Origin: Escherichia coli
Lineage (GTDB): Bacteria; Pseudomonadota; Gammaproteobacteria; Enterobacterales; Enterobacteriaceae
Assembly (NCBI RefSeq): GCF_003334255.1
Contig: NZ_QOWU01000013.1
Reading direction: 5' to 3' (one strand)
Length of the DNA stretch: 64,000 bases
In this document: piece by piece, positions 11,638 to 23,364 of the stretch
Numbering within the stretch: the first letter of the stretch is position 1
How the letters are laid out: every line of letters starts with the position of its first letter
The notes under the pieces: generated by a model
Told to the model about the DNA's origin: nothing
Database searches by the model: none
What the model saw: the letters and a program-made list of their open reading frames with translations, nothing else
Program-made: the position numbers and the translations under genes

Positions 11638-12743
11638 GCCAGATCCTCATTGTTAAATGTCGGGTCGTTCGCCTGCGGAGCGTCGCTCACTTCGGCAACC
11701 AGCGTATCGTTGGCGACTGGCGCAGGCGGAATGACAATCGATTCCGGCGTCACCACTGGCACCAGATGGCGGGTAAGCGGCGCTTTTTCAGTTAATAGCT
11801 TGCCAACCGTGGCGAGGAAATAACGACCGCATAAACGCCCAAGTTTATAGTCTTCACGCAGCGCCGGAATCCGACTGCCAAGCGCGATACTATGTAATGG
11901 CTTCGGCGGATAAATTTCGAATATCCGCAGCTTGCCCGGTGGTTTCTCAATAAATTGCTGAATGTCACGATAGCTGGTTTCATGATGCTGCACCAGATTG
12001 ACCAGCGGCTGCAGGCTACTGTCACCCAGCCAGCGTTCCATGCGTTTGAACCACTGCGGCGTGTAGTACATTTGTGACGGCACAGTGCGAATGACGACCA
12101 ACGTTTTAGCGCCCTGCCTTGCCGCCTCTTTAACCGGAATCGCATCACTGATCCCGCCATCCAGGTAGTTAATGCCTTCCAGCGACACTCCGCTACGATA
12201 AAAGCCAGGTATCGCACTGGAGGCGCGAATCACATCCAGCCAGTTTTGTTTGGTTGGTAAAAAGTAATTCGGCGCGTAGTCATCCTGACGACAGGCGCAC
12301 ATATAAAACGATTTGCCGCTGTCAAACAACCGCGCGGCGGTATCCATTTGCAACGGCATCTGGCTTGCAGTGGCCTCCACCAGCCAGTCGAGATCGATAA
12401 GATTTCCTCCACGGACAAAGCGCAATGGATCGAAAAATTCGCGTTTTGTGGTATAGCGCATGATGACTTTGCGCGCGTAACCGGGCTGATTGCAGATAAA
12501 CGCCGAGAGGTTCTGCGCCCCGGCAGATGTGCCGAGATAAAGATCGAAAGGATTAAACTGCGCGCGCATAAACTCATCCAGCACGCCAGCCGTGAAAATT
12601 CCACGCTGTCCGCCGCCTTCGCACACCAGAGCTATTCGTCCAGGCTGGAACGGCCTTAGCGACAACGGCGCAATATTACCAAGCGTTACAGGTATTCGCT
12701 GCCCCACCTCTGCCTTCCTGTTTTTGTTGTGAAAGAATGACAA
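11634..12743 (-). CDS. yjjU: patatin-like phospholipase family protein
   Basis: ORF with GxGxxG and GTSAG patatin motifs (ALVCEGGGQRGIF...LGTSAGA); true start may be the internal GTG near 12707 (357 aa). Confidence 0.8.
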   Translation of the reverse strand: MSFFHNKNRKAEVGQRIPVTLGNIAPLSLRPFQPGRIALVCEGGGQRGIFTAGVLDEFMRAQFNPFDLYLGTSAGAQNLSAFICNQPGYARKVIMRYTTKREFFDPLRFVRGGNLIDLDWLVEATASQMPLQMDTAARLFDSGKSFYMCACRQDDYAPNYFLPTKQNWLDVIRASSAIPGFYRSGVSLEGINYLDGGISDAIPVKEAARQGAKTLVVIRTVPSQMYYTPQWFKRMERWLGDSSLQPLVNLVQHHETSYRDIQQFIEKPPGKLRIFEIYPPKPLHSIALGSRIPALREDYKLGRLCGRYFLATVGKLLTEKAPLTRHLVPVVTPESIVIPPAPVANDTLVAEVSDAPQANDPTFNNEDLA

Positions 12744-12828
12744 AGTAACGCAATTTATTATTCGCTAAAACCGCAAAAGCCAGTCCGCTGGACTGGCTTT
12801 GGATAAAATTTTCTTAATGGTCTGAAAT

Positions 12829-12990
12829 CTAGGGTCGTTTTCGGCCCATGAACAAACTCACCAGGAACAGAATAATCCCGACGACAAAGACAATTTTAGC
12901 TGCGCCTGCAGCGGTACCGGCCAGACCACCAAACCCAAGTGCGGCGGCGATTAACGCGATAACCAGAAATATGATGCCCCAACGAAACAT
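12829..12990 (-). CDS. ytjA: small membrane protein (DUF1328)
   Basis: 53-aa hydrophobic [28 protein letters not shown]... from ATG 12990; longer track ORF is an upstream extension. Confidence 0.75.
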
Positions 12991-13116
12991 AAGCGTCTCC
13001 TTTACCATAGTTAATGTCACCGCTTGATATGAGCGTGAAAATCACTCAATGCGATATTTTTAGTGTGGTGCACATCGCGCCTCCCGACAAAGTTCGGGAG
13101 GACGAATTACGACGAA

Positions 13117-13722
13117 TTACTTAGTTTTCAGATCATTTTTAACGCTTTTCACACCATCTACCGCTTTGGCGATACTTTCAGCACGGTCACTTTGTGCCTG
13201 AGAATCGACGGTACCGGAGAGCTGAACCACGCCGTCGGTGGTTTCAACTTTCACATGACGGGAAGGGACGATATCGTCCGCCAGCAGTTTGGCTTTGATT
13301 TCACTGGTGGTGGCGGTGTCACCCGCGTAGCCCTTCACCGAGCCTTCTTTAGCGTCGCGAACGTGCAGTTTGTCGCTGACAGAGGTCACCCCTTCAACGC
13401 CTTTCGCCACTTTCACTGCCTCTTCGGCCTGGGCCTGGCTTTCAACGAAACCGCTCAGGGTCACGACTTTTTGATCGGTTTTTACAGAGATATCGGTGCT
13501 CTTGATGTTGTCATGATCCACCAGGGCCGCCTTCACTTTCGCGGTGATGGCGCTGTCATCCATGAAATTACCGACTTTATTCATAGAGCTATCGACTTTT
13601 TGCCCTGCGCTTTCATTGGTAGTCTGCGCGTTGTTTTCCGCGTAGGCAGAGCCGGTCGCGACGGCAGAGGTCAACATTACAGCCAGCAGAGTTTTCGAAA
13701 TCTTCAGTCTTGTCATAGTCAT
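13117..13722 (-). CDS. osmY: osmotically inducible periplasmic protein (two BON domains)
   Basis: Recalled OsmY begins [28 protein letters not shown] (signal peptide) at ATG 13722; 201 aa. Confidence 0.95.
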
Positions 13723-14078
13723 CGATTTATTCCTGTATGTTTGCTCGTAATTTGAGCCTGGCAACACGAGGTTGCATTGCTGAATAGGGAGAGACTTCAC
13801 CCTCTACAGAAGTCAATGGTCGCCATCACAAAAGCGATGAGTGATGAATAACGACCATTACAGCCTCTGAATCAGTTATTAATATCGGTAGAATGACAAT
13901 CGACGGCTTTAGATACTGATATCTACGCATTGAACGGTATTTAACGCCGTCAGAAATGTCATCACTTTGTTAAATATAGATCACAATTTTGAAACCGCTC
14001 GGGATATCAGCGAAAACATAAGCAAAAGTGAATGTTTTAAGAACATTCCGTAAGCGGCTAATAAGGAAGGGAAATTGA

Positions 14079-14104
14079 CAGGGCGCAGCGGCTACCGCGC
14101 CCTG
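14079..14104 (-). terminator. putative terminator downstream of prfC
   Basis: 8-bp stem CAGGGCGC/GCGCCCTG just 3' of the prfC stop. Confidence 0.45.
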
Positions 14105-14114
14105 GAGGCAAGAA

Positions 14115-15704
14115 TTAATGCTCGCGGGTCTGGTGGAACTGAACGTCCGGATAACGTTCCTGTGCCAGGCGCAGGTTGACCATGCTGGTAGCGATGTAAG
14201 CGAGGTTATCGCCGCCATCAAGCGCCAGTTGGCTTTCGTTCTTACGCTTGAACTCTTCGAATTTCTTCGCGTCTGCACATTCTACCCAGCGGGCAGTGGC
14301 AACGTTGACTGACTCATACACTGCTTCAACGTTGTATTCGCTCTTCAGGCGCGCTACCACCACATCAAACTGCAGCACACCAACTGCACCAACGATCAGA
14401 TCGTTGTTGGAGATTGGACGGAACACCTGCACCGCGCCCTCTTCGGAAAGCTGTACCAGCCCTTTGAGCAGCTGTTTTTGCTTCAGCGGATCTTTCAGGC
14501 GGATACGACGGAACAGTTCTGGTGCGAAGTTCGGAATACCGGTGAACTTCATCATCTCACCCTGGGTAAAGGTGTCGCCGATCTGAATGGTGCCGTGGTT
14601 GTGCAGGCCGAGGATATCGCCCGGATACGCTTCTTCAACGTGCGAACGGTCACCCGCCATAAAGGTCAGCGCGTCGGAGATCACCACATCTTTCGCAGTG
14701 CGCACCTGGCGCAGTTTCATGCCTTTTTCATATTTACCGGACACCACACGCATAAACGCCACGCGGTCGCGGTGTTTCGGGTCCATGTTGGCCTGAATTT
14801 TAAATACGAAGCCGGTAAATTTATCTTCGCTCGCTTCTACGGTACGGGTATCAGTCTGACGCGGCATCGGCGCAGGTGCCCACTCCACCAGGCCATCCAA
14901 CATATGATCGACGCCGAAGTTACCCAGCGCAGTACCGAAGAATACCGGAGTGATTTCGCCCGCAAGGAACAGCTCTTTGTCGAACTCGTTAGACGCGCCT
15001 TTCACCAGTTCCAGTTCGTCACGCAGCTGCTGTGCCAGATCTTCACCAACCGCAGCATCGAGATCCGGGTTATTCAGCCCTTTAACAATGCGGACTTCCT
15101 GAATGGTGTGGCCTTTACCGCTCTGATAGAGATAGGTTTCGTCTTTATAAAGGTGGTAAACGCCTTTAAACAGCTTGCCGCAGCCAATCGGCCAGGTGAT
15201 CGGCGCACAGCCGATTTTCAGCTCGTTCTCAACTTCATCGAGCAGCTCCATCGGGTCGCGGATATCACGGTCAAGTTTGTTCATAAAGGTGAGGATCGGC
15301 GTGTCGCGCAGACGGGTAACTTCCATCAGCTTACGGGTACGATCTTCAACACCTTTTGCGGCGTCGATAACCATCAGGCAGCAGTCCACCGCCGTCAGGG
15401 TACGATAGGTATCTTCCGAGAAGTCTTCGTGCCCCGGGGTGTCGAGCAGGTTAACCAGGCAATCGTGATACGGAAACTGCATCACAGACGTAGTAATGGA
15501 GATCCCACGCTGCTTTTCCATCTCCATCCAGTCCGACTTAGCGTGCTGGTTGGAACCACGGCCTTTTACTGTACCGGCGGTCTGAATGGCCTGTCCGAAC
15601 AGCAGCACCTTCTCGGTGATGGTAGTCTTACCGGCGTCCGGGTGAGAAATAATGGCAAAAGTGCGGCGCTTCGCCACCTCTTGCAAATAAGGAGACAACG
15701 TCAT
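14115..15704 (-). CDS. prfC: peptide chain release factor 3 (GTPase)
   Basis: [28 protein letters not shown]... from ATG 15704 (529 aa); P-loop present. Confidence 0.95.
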
Positions 15705-15794
15705 AATTCTTTCTTCTTGAGTAAGCGGCATCGCGCCGCGCTTGTTGAAAACGAAAAATTGCGGCTATTTTACCCATCAACGGGGGGGAGGCAA

Positions 15795-16472
15795 TCAGTG
15801 TTTACACAGGAGCTGCTCCAGTTCGTGCAACGAAGAAACGGTCCAGGTGGGCGCGATGCCTTCTGGTTGCTCGCGATGGTGTGCATTCAGCCAGCAGGTC
15901 GCAAGCCCGGCGTTGATGCCACCGAGAATATCGGACTCGGCAGTGTCGCCAACCATCAGCACGCGTGAACGGTCAGGATTGCCCGCCTGTTCCAGCGCAT
16001 AATCGAAAATTTTCTTATTCGGTTTGGCAACGCCAACTTCTTCGGAAATCACCAGCAAATCGAAGTAATCACGCAGGCCCGTGCGTTCCAGACGTACCTG
16101 TTGCAAGGCACTAAAGCCGTTGGTGATGATGCCGATTTTGGCGTTGCCACGAATGGCGTTAAGCAGAGAAACCGCGCCCGGCAGCGGCGTGCAGATTTCC
16201 GCCATCGCATTAATAAAGGCTTCGTTGAGTTTACCTGGCTCGACGTTCAGCCGTTCGGCCCAGCTCTCAAACCGCCCGTGCTGAAGCTGTAATGAAGTGA
16301 TCGCGCCGTTTTGATAATCCACCCACAGTGGCTTGTTAACGGCCTGATAGTCCTGAAAATCTTCAGCGGTAAAGGTGACGCTGTAATCAAGAAACATCCG
16401 CTGCAGGCCGGTGAATGAGTCAAAGGTAAACAGCGTTTCATCGGCATCAAAGAAAATCCAGTCCCACTTCAT
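15795..16472 (-). CDS. yjjG: HAD-family pyrimidine 5'-nucleotidase
   Basis: 225-aa ORF with HAD motif I FFDADETL near the N-terminus; synteny. Confidence 0.9.
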
Positions 16473-16486
16473 TATTCCACCTTGTA

Positions 16487-16933
16487 TTACATACTGATTG
16501 GCAACGCCATGATGATGGCGTCTTCGCGACCGTCCGTGGTGGGGTAGTAATTGCGGCGAATCGTCGCCTCGTTAAAGCCTAAACTTTCGTACAGGGCAAT
16601 GGCGGCAGCGTTTGAAGCACGGACTTCCAGCCATAGTGTCGCCACGCCGCGTTTTTCCAGTTCGTCGATCAGATGTTCCAGCAGCGCCCTTCCCAATCCC
16701 TGACGCTGATAGTCAGGATCGACCGCAATATTGAACAATGTAGCTTCATCCAGCACCACTTGCGTAATCGCAAACGCCGCCATTTTGCCGTTTTGCGTTA
16801 ACTGAAAGTTGAGATAACGCTCGCCCTGGTTGCTGGCAAACGTTTTTTCACTCCACGGAAAGGCGTGGGCGCGTTGTTCAATGTGGTAAGCCGCCGGTAA
16901 ATCAGTCGTTTCGAGGGAAGAAATCGTGTTCAT
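16487..16933 (-). CDS. rimI: ribosomal protein S18 alanine N-acetyltransferase
   Basis: 148-aa GNAT ORF; overlaps holD 3' end by 32 nt. Confidence 0.9.
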
Positions 16934-17315
16934 ATGTGCAAATTTGTTGCCATAACGCGGCGCGTGCCGTTGGGTTTGCCCGTAAATCGGTGAGCGCCGG
17001 TGATGCCACCTGAGCGCCTTCCAGTGATAGCGGTTCGTCAGTACCCAACCGCCAACTGTTGCAGTGACTGCCTTGCGGCAGCATCGCGATTTTTTCTGGC
17101 GTCAGTTGCAGCACCTGGTCGGGGCTGACGGTTAATGCGCGCAGAACATCGCTCACTAAAGGATCAGTCAGGGCGGGAAGATCGTTTGCCACCATCACCA
17201 GACGGACGTGTGCCGGGATCGCAATGGCAATCTCCCCCTGCAACGCGCCAGGGCGACGCAGCGACCACTGGGTAATGCCCAGTTGCTGTAACTGCCAGTC
17301 TCGTCGGGATGTCAT
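16902..17315 (-). CDS. holD: DNA polymerase III psi subunit
   Basis: 137-aa ORF MTSRRDWQLQQLGITQWSLRRPGALQGEIAIAIPAH... Confidence 0.9.
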   Translation of the reverse strand: MTSRRDWQLQQLGITQWSLRRPGALQGEIAIAIPAHVRLVMVANDLPALTDPLVSDVLRALTVSPDQVLQLTPEKIAMLPQGSHCNSWRLGTDEPLSLEGAQVASPALTDLRANPTARAALWQQICTYEHDFFPRND

Positions 17316-17417
17316 AGCGAATCGCTCCTGTTGTCAGGGGCGCAAATATAGCAAATTCGTCGATACCGCGCCAACATATGGCTATAATCGCCGCCAGTAT
17401 CAATTGAGGAGCATTCC

Positions 17418-18449
17418 ATGTCTGCATTTACCCCGGCAAGTGAAGTCTTGCTGCGTCACAGTGATGATTTCGAACAAAGCCGTATTCTGTTTGCCGGAGA
17501 CTTACAGGATGACCTGCCCGCGCGTTTAGATACCGCGGCCAGCCGTGCTCATACCCAGCAATTCCACCACTGGCAGGTATTAAGCCGCCAGATGGGGGAT
17601 AACGCCCGTTTCAGTCTGGTCGCCACGGCGGATGACGTCGCAGATTGCGATACGCTGATTTACTACTGGCCGAAGAACAAACCGGAAGCCCAGTTCCAGT
17701 TGATGAATTTACTTTCTCTGCTGCCAGTGGGGACAGATATTTTTGTCGTTGGCGAGAACCGCAGCGGCGTGCGCAGCGCCGAGCAGATGCTGGCAGATTA
17801 TGCGCCGTTGAATAAAGTCGACAGCGCTCGTCGCTGTGGCCTCTATTTTGGTCGTCTGGAAAAACAGCCGGTATTTGATGCGGAGAAATTCTGGGGCGAA
17901 TACAGCGTCGATGGCCTGACGGTCAAAACGCTGCCTGGCGTGTTTAGCCGCGACGGTCTGGATGTCGGTAGCCAGTTGCTGCTCTCGACGTTAACTCCGC
18001 ACACGAAAGGTAAAGTGCTGGATGTCGGCTGTGGCGCGGGCGTGCTTTCAGTTGCCTTTGCGCGCCATTCGCCGAAAATTCGTCTCACCTTGTGCGATGT
18101 CTCTGCCCCGGCGGTAGAAGCCAGCCGCGCAACACTTGCGGCCAACGGTGTTGAAGGTGAAGTCTTTGCCAGCAACGTCTTTTCCGAGGTGAAAGGTCGT
18201 TTTGATATGATCATCTCCAACCCGCCGTTCCACGATGGGATGCAAACCAGCCTGGATGCGGCGCAAACGCTGATTCGCGGTGCGGTGCGTCATCTTAATA
18301 GCGGCGGCGAGCTGCGAATTGTAGCGAACGCCTTCCTGCCTTATCCGGACGTGCTGGATGAGACATTTGGCTTCCACGAAGTGATCGCGCAAACAGGGCG
18401 CTTCAAGGTGTATCGCGCCATTATGACCCGCCAGGCGAAGAAAGGTTAA
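17418..18449 (+). CDS. rsmC: 16S rRNA m2G1207 methyltransferase
   Basis: 343-aa ORF with SAM-binding motif [12 protein letters not shown] and NPPFH catalytic motif. Confidence 0.9.
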   Translation: MSAFTPASEVLLRHSDDFEQSRILFAGDLQDDLPARLDTAASRAHTQQFHHWQVLSRQMGDNARFSLVATADDVADCDTLIYYWPKNKPEAQFQLMNLLSLLPVGTDIFVVGENRSGVRSAEQMLADYAPLNKVDSARRCGLYFGRLEKQPVFDAEKFWGEYSVDGLTVKTLPGVFSRDGLDVGSQLLLSTLTPHTKGKVLDVGCGAGVLSVAFARHSPKIRLTLCDVSAPAVEASRATLAANGVEGEVFASNVFSEVKGRFDMIISNPPFHDGMQTSLDAAQTLIRGAVRHLNSGGELRIVANAFLPYPDVLDETFGFHEVIAQTGRFKVYRAIMTRQAKKG

Positions 18450-18454
18450 TTATC

Positions 18455-18560
<106 letters not shown>

Positions 18561-18647
18561 ATCTGCCCCCGCATGCATACCAAACCTGCACGCTAGTTTC
18601 CTGATGGACATTTTTCCAGCAATTACACCTCTGTCGATAATTAACTA

Positions 18648-18675
18648 TTGACGAAAAGCTGAAAACCACTAGAAT
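18648..18675 (+). promoter_or_regulatory. sigma70 promoter of the tRNA-Leu gene
   Basis: TTGACG (-35), 16-bp spacer, TAGAAT (-10), about 40 nt before the mature tRNA 5' end. Confidence 0.7.
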
Positions 18676-18716
18676 GCGCCTCCGTGGTAGCAATTCTTTT
18701 TAAGAATTGATGGTAT

Positions 18717-18803
18717 GCGAAGGTGGCGGAATTGGTAGACGCGCTAGCTTCAGGTGTTAGTGTCCTTACGGACGTGGGGGTTCAAGTCCCCCCCCTCGCA
18801 CCA
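18717..18803 (+). tRNA. leuV: tRNA-Leu (anticodon CAG)
   Basis: 87-nt GCGAAGGTGGCGGAATTGGTAGACGCGCTAGCTTCAGGTGTTAGTGTCCTTACGGACGTGGGGGTTCAAGTCCCCCCCCTCGCACCA with encoded CCA; one copy only. Confidence 0.95.
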
Positions 18804-18841
18804 ATTATCTTTACTTCCTTTCTTGTTTCTTCCTTGATTTT

Positions 18842-19078
18842 TCATCCCTGATTCAAATTCATTATCATCAGCATGATGCCAGCAATAAGTGCCAGGCACG
18901 ATGGTAGCAAAATGTAATGCCGCAACTGTTTGTGATACAGCATCATCGGCGTCAATACTAATCCCATCAGAATGACAATCCGCCACTGATCTGACGATAA
19001 ATCCGCATACATCAGCCCTGCAATCAGCAATCCCGGCAGCAACACTCCCCAGCCACTGCCCAGCGTACGTTGCAACAT
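18842..19078 (-). CDS. yjjZ: small inner-membrane protein
   Basis: 78-aa ORF MLQRTLGSGWGVLLPGLLIAGLMYADLSSDQWRIV... from ATG 19078; track ORF extends further upstream. Confidence 0.7.
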   Translation of the reverse strand: MLQRTLGSGWGVLLPGLLIAGLMYADLSSDQWRIVILMGLVLTPMMLYHKQLRHYILLPSCLALIAGIMLMIMNLNQG

Positions 19079-19096
19079 GATTTCATCTCTTTCATT

Positions 19097-19137
19097 GATA
19101 ATGATAACCAATATCATATGATAATTTTTATCATTTG
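19097..19137. promoter_or_regulatory. Fur boxes in the fhuF promoter
   Basis: GATAATGATAACCAATATC (close to GATAATGATAATCATTATC) and a second ATGATAATTTTTATCATTT about 20 bp downstream. Confidence 0.75.
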
Positions 19138-19218
19138 CAAGCCAGATAAATCCCTTGCTATCGGGTAAACCTATCGCTAGGATTAGCAATCATTATCATT
19201 TAGATTACTATCCCGATT

Positions 19219-20007
19219 ATGGCCTATCGTTCCGCACCGCTCTATGAAGATGTCATCTGGCGAACGCATCTCCAGCCGCAGGATCCCACGCTTGCGCAAG
19301 CCGTGCGGGCGACGATCGCAAAACATCGTGAACATTTGCTGGAGTTTATCCGCCTGGATGAACCTGCCCCACTTAACGCCATGACGCTGGCGCAATGGTC
19401 ATCACCGAATGTGCTAAGTTCTCTGCTGGCGGTCTATTCCGATCATATCTATCGCAACCAACCGATGATGATCCGCGAGAACAAACCGCTGATCTCACTA
19501 TGGGCACAATGGTATATCGGCCTGATGGTGCCACCATTAATGCTGGCGCTACTGACGCAGGAAAAGGCATTAGATGTGTCGCCGGAACATTTCCATGCTG
19601 AGTTTCACGAAACCGGACGCGTCGCCTGTTTCTGGGTCGATGTGTGTGAAGATAAAAACGCAACACCACATTCGCCGCAGCATCGAATGGAAACGTTAAT
19701 CAGCCAGGCGCTGGTTCCGGTTGTGCAAGCACTAGAAGCGACCGGAGAGATCAACGGCAAACTTATCTGGAGTAATACCGGTTATTTGATCAACTGGTAT
19801 CTCACTGAGATGAAGCAACTGCTCGGCGAGGCTACTGTTGAATCGCTGCGCCATGCCCTCTTTTTTGAGAAAACGCTCACGAACGGTGAAGATAATCCAC
19901 TCTGGCGTACCGTGGTACTGCGCGACGGCCTGCTGGTGCGCCGCACTTGCTGCCAGCGTTATCGCTTACCGGATGTGCAGCAATGTGGCGATTGTACGCT
20001 GAAATGA
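19219..20007 (+). CDS. fhuF: ferric-siderophore reductase, 2Fe-2S protein with C-terminal C-C-x10-C-x2-C
   Basis: 262-aa ORF ending ...RRTCCQRYRLPDVQQCGDCTLK. Confidence 0.95.
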   Translation: MAYRSAPLYEDVIWRTHLQPQDPTLAQAVRATIAKHREHLLEFIRLDEPAPLNAMTLAQWSSPNVLSSLLAVYSDHIYRNQPMMIRENKPLISLWAQWYIGLMVPPLMLALLTQEKALDVSPEHFHAEFHETGRVACFWVDVCEDKNATPHSPQHRMETLISQALVPVVQALEATGEINGKLIWSNTGYLINWYLTEMKQLLGEATVESLRHALFFEKTLTNGEDNPLWRTVVLRDGLLVRRTCCQRYRLPDVQQCGDCTLK

Positions 20008-20044
20008 AAGCACTGCCGGGGAAGTAAACCCGGCATCATGCGGA

Positions 20045-20722
20045 TTAATAGGGATGCAACACATTACTTGTTTCGCAATGCCGCATACATAACAGAATAT
20101 CTGCGGCCTCCAACAACCCTGCGTCAGAACTGACGCCCAGTTTCGACATCACATTAAATTTATGTGCACGGATCGTTTTGATATTGCGTTTAAGCTGCTC
20201 GGCAATTTGTGTCATTGAGTAGCCACGCGACATAAAGCGCAATATTTCTCTCTCCGTCGGGCTTAACGTCCGGCTTTGGTTAATGTACCACTGATTGTTC
20301 AGTCGGTCGGTCGCCTGACGTACACCATTTAATGACAAAAAGAGTTCCTGATGAAAAATCTCCAGCGTTGACGCTTTACTTAATACACCGTCCAGCGGTG
20401 ATGGCGACAATGAACCAATCAGCCGAGCTTCAATATCATCATCCGCAATAACTAAACGCCGGGTACGCGGAAACTTAATCGCCAGTTCAGTCAGGCAAGA
20501 TAATCCCTCTCTGCGCTCACTTCTCATGGCAGAAAAAGAAAAAATGACCGCCGCAAACGAGATCCGCGACATGGCATCCTGAAATGACTCCTGACTGGTA
20601 TAGGTATGGAGCTTATAAGGGTTACCCGCAAACTTTCTGAATAAACTCTCAATACCGATACTACTCATGACGCATTTTTCTATGAGTGCGACATTTCTCT
20701 TCTTAATTCGGCTGTGTTCCAT
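20045..20722 (-). CDS. bglJ: LuxR/FixJ-type transcriptional regulator
   Basis: 225-aa ORF with C-terminal LuxR HTH; overlaps yjjQ 3' end. Confidence 0.85.
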
Positions 20723-21405
20723 TCTGCGGCATCTCCATAAACAGAAGGCAAGTTAAGTTCTCTTGCACCCTGCGCGCTATTTATCCATGCATACATTTCA
20801 GCGTTGCTGTGAATTGCCAGTCGACGCATCGCACTGTTTTTTTGGGCGCTGATAGTTTTATTACTTTTCTTAAGCAATGAAGCTATCTGGTTGATGCCCC
20901 ATCCTTTACCTAATAGCCGCAGTACCTTGCGCTCTGAAAGAGTGAGAATGACGGAGCGATAGCTAAAATCATGAGTTTCAGTCATTGCCGGGGAGGTCAG
21001 CATGGCGCTGATACGCTCTGCGTGCGTATTGCCGGAACGTACGGTCTTGACCAGATTCTCAATGGGTTCAACATCAGACAATAACGTCGCCGTAGGGCAC
21101 ATGAGCAGTTCTACTGCCTGGGAATACCAGGAGCGTGACACCATGAAAACCCAGTGAATTTCCCGATATTGTGAGATTAAAGAATAATAATGTTCACAAA
21201 CAGAACGTGGATCTTCACTTTCACCGGCTAAATCAGCAATGACTAATCCGGAACGACGTAATTGTAATAAGGTAAGGTCCTCCGCAGAGGCGCTGGATAT
21301 TATTTCATATTCAGGGAAGTGAGTCCTCATGACCTCTTTTAACCCTGCTTGCATAACAGGTATTTTACTGATAACAATTCCATTTTTGCAGCATCCTGGC
21401 AACAT
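20680..21405 (-). CDS. yjjQ: LuxR/FixJ-type transcriptional regulator (RcsB partner)
   Basis: 241-aa ORF with C-terminal LuxR HTH; upstream of bglJ. Confidence 0.85.
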
Positions 21406-22023
21406 ATTTCCTCCACATCCACTGTCTAAAAATTATGATGGTTTATTCAGGATATTCATTCCTTAAATGTTTCCAGCAAATTAATAGATTAAGCGAATAA
21501 ATTATCCTTAGCATTCACTTTCATATCAGCATACTCCTGCTGCACAACAACTCCACTGCATGTGTCAGAAGGTTAGCATCAAATGATAACCTGGTGAAAT
21601 AGCCTGGAGACATTTAAAATATCTACATTAAGTTGTTAGGAATACTTAATGAAAAACAGAAATCACATTCATTTAATTTATAATTAAATGATATCCCTTC
21701 CCGCAGAATGCAAAATCACACAACCAATATTTATTCAATGAAATCTGATGGTTTTAGCTTGTTAACATTAAAAAACGTGCCCGGTTATCTATTATCCTGA
21801 TTCGTAAAGGCCAAACAATAAATTCATTATGATGATAATATTCATGTGATAGTTTGTTTGCGGCGAGAGATAATTCGCTTTTTATCACCGAGCTTCTCCC
21901 GATAACCAGGATTAATCAGCGCAATTTTGATCTTAACCTACCGCAAAACAACCGTGCTTCATGATACAAATGGATTCTCATTATCTGAACAATACGCAGC
22001 ACGTCTATGACAAAGGGCGAGTT
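21406..22023. promoter_or_regulatory. AT-rich divergent yjjQ-bglJ / yjjP control region (probable H-NS-silenced locus)
   Basis: About 600 bp of markedly AT-rich sequence with A/T tracts between divergent genes. Confidence 0.5.
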
Positions 22024-22794
22024 ATGCAAACTGAGCAACAGCGAGCCGTAACACGGCTTTGTATCCAGTGTGGATTATTTCTTTTGCAACATGGTGCGGA
22101 AAGCGCGTTGGTTGATGAGCTTTCCTCACGACTGGGTCGGGCACTGGGAATGGACAGCGTCGAAAGTTCTATCTCTTCGAACGCCATAGTGCTGACAACT
22201 ATTAAAGATGGGCAATGCCTGACATCGACACGTAAAAATCACGATCGCGGCATTAATATGCATGTGGTGACTGAAGTCCAGCACATTGTGATTCTTGCGG
22301 AGCATCATCTGCTGGATTACAAAGGCGTAGAGAAACGATTTAGCCAAATTCAGCCATTACGTTACCCAAGATGGCTGGTAGCCTTAATGGTTGGCCTTTC
22401 TTGCGCCTGTTTCTGTAAACTCAATAACGGTGGCTGGGATGGTGCCGTCATCACCTTCTTTGCCAGTACGACCGCGATGTATATCCGCCAGCTGCTGGCA
22501 CAACGTCATCTTCATCCACAGATCAACTTTTGCCTTACCGCTTTCGCCGCCACCACCATTTCCGGATTGCTTTTGCAACTCCCCACTTTCAGCAATACCC
22601 CCACCATTGCGATGGCCGCCAGCGTTCTGCTGCTAGTGCCGGGCTTTCCGTTGATTAATGCCGTCGCCGATATGTTTAAAGGCCACATCAATACCGGACT
22701 GGCACGCTGGGCGATCGCCAGTCTGCTGACACTGGCTACCTGCGTCGGCGTAGTGATGGCACTGACGATTTGGGGGCTACGCGGATGGGTGTGA
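22024..22794 (+). CDS. yjjP: inner-membrane protein, putative transporter subunit (ThrE-like)
   Basis: ORF from ATG 22024 ([15 protein letters not shown]...) gives 256 aa; track ORF starts earlier at 21961. Confidence 0.8.
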
Positions 22795-23258
22795 TCGAAT
22801 TTCTGTTAGCGTTGGCGCAGGATATGATCCTCGCCGCCATTCCTGCGGTCGGCTTTGCGATGGTGTTCAACGTTCCCGTGCGGGCGTTACGCTGGTGTGC
22901 GCTGCTTGGCTCGATAGGTCATGGTTCCCGAATGATCTTGATGACCAGCGGGTTGAATATTGAGTGGTCAACCTTTATGGCTTCTATGCTGGTCGGTACC
23001 ATTGGTATTCAATGGTCGCGCTGGTATCTGGCGCATCCGAAAGTGTTTACCGTGGCGGCCGTTATCCCTATGTTCCCGGGCATATCGGCTTATACCGCAA
23101 TGATTTCGGCGGTAAAAATCAGCCAGTTAGGTTACAGCGAACCGTTGATGATTACCCTGTTAACCAACTTTCTTACAGCTTCATCGATTGTTGGTGCGTT
23201 ATCCATCGGTCTTTCCATTCCTGGATTATGGTTGTACCGCAAGCGCCCTCGCGTATAA
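22785..23258 (+). CDS. yjjB: inner-membrane protein, partner of YjjP
   Basis: 157-aa hydrophobic [29 protein letters not shown]...; overlaps yjjP end. Confidence 0.8.
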
Positions 23259-23364
23259 AATTGCCTCGCTTAAGCACACGGATGAGAGACAGCCTCCTCT
23301 CCTCCGTGTGTTACTATAAAAGTTATCTCCCTTCTCGTTCATCGTTCCATATTTGAGAAACAGT

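Noticed and set aside
14478-15968. 496-aa plus-strand ORF antisense to prfC
   Set aside because: Fully contained within the opposite strand of release factor 3; a codon-bias artefact.
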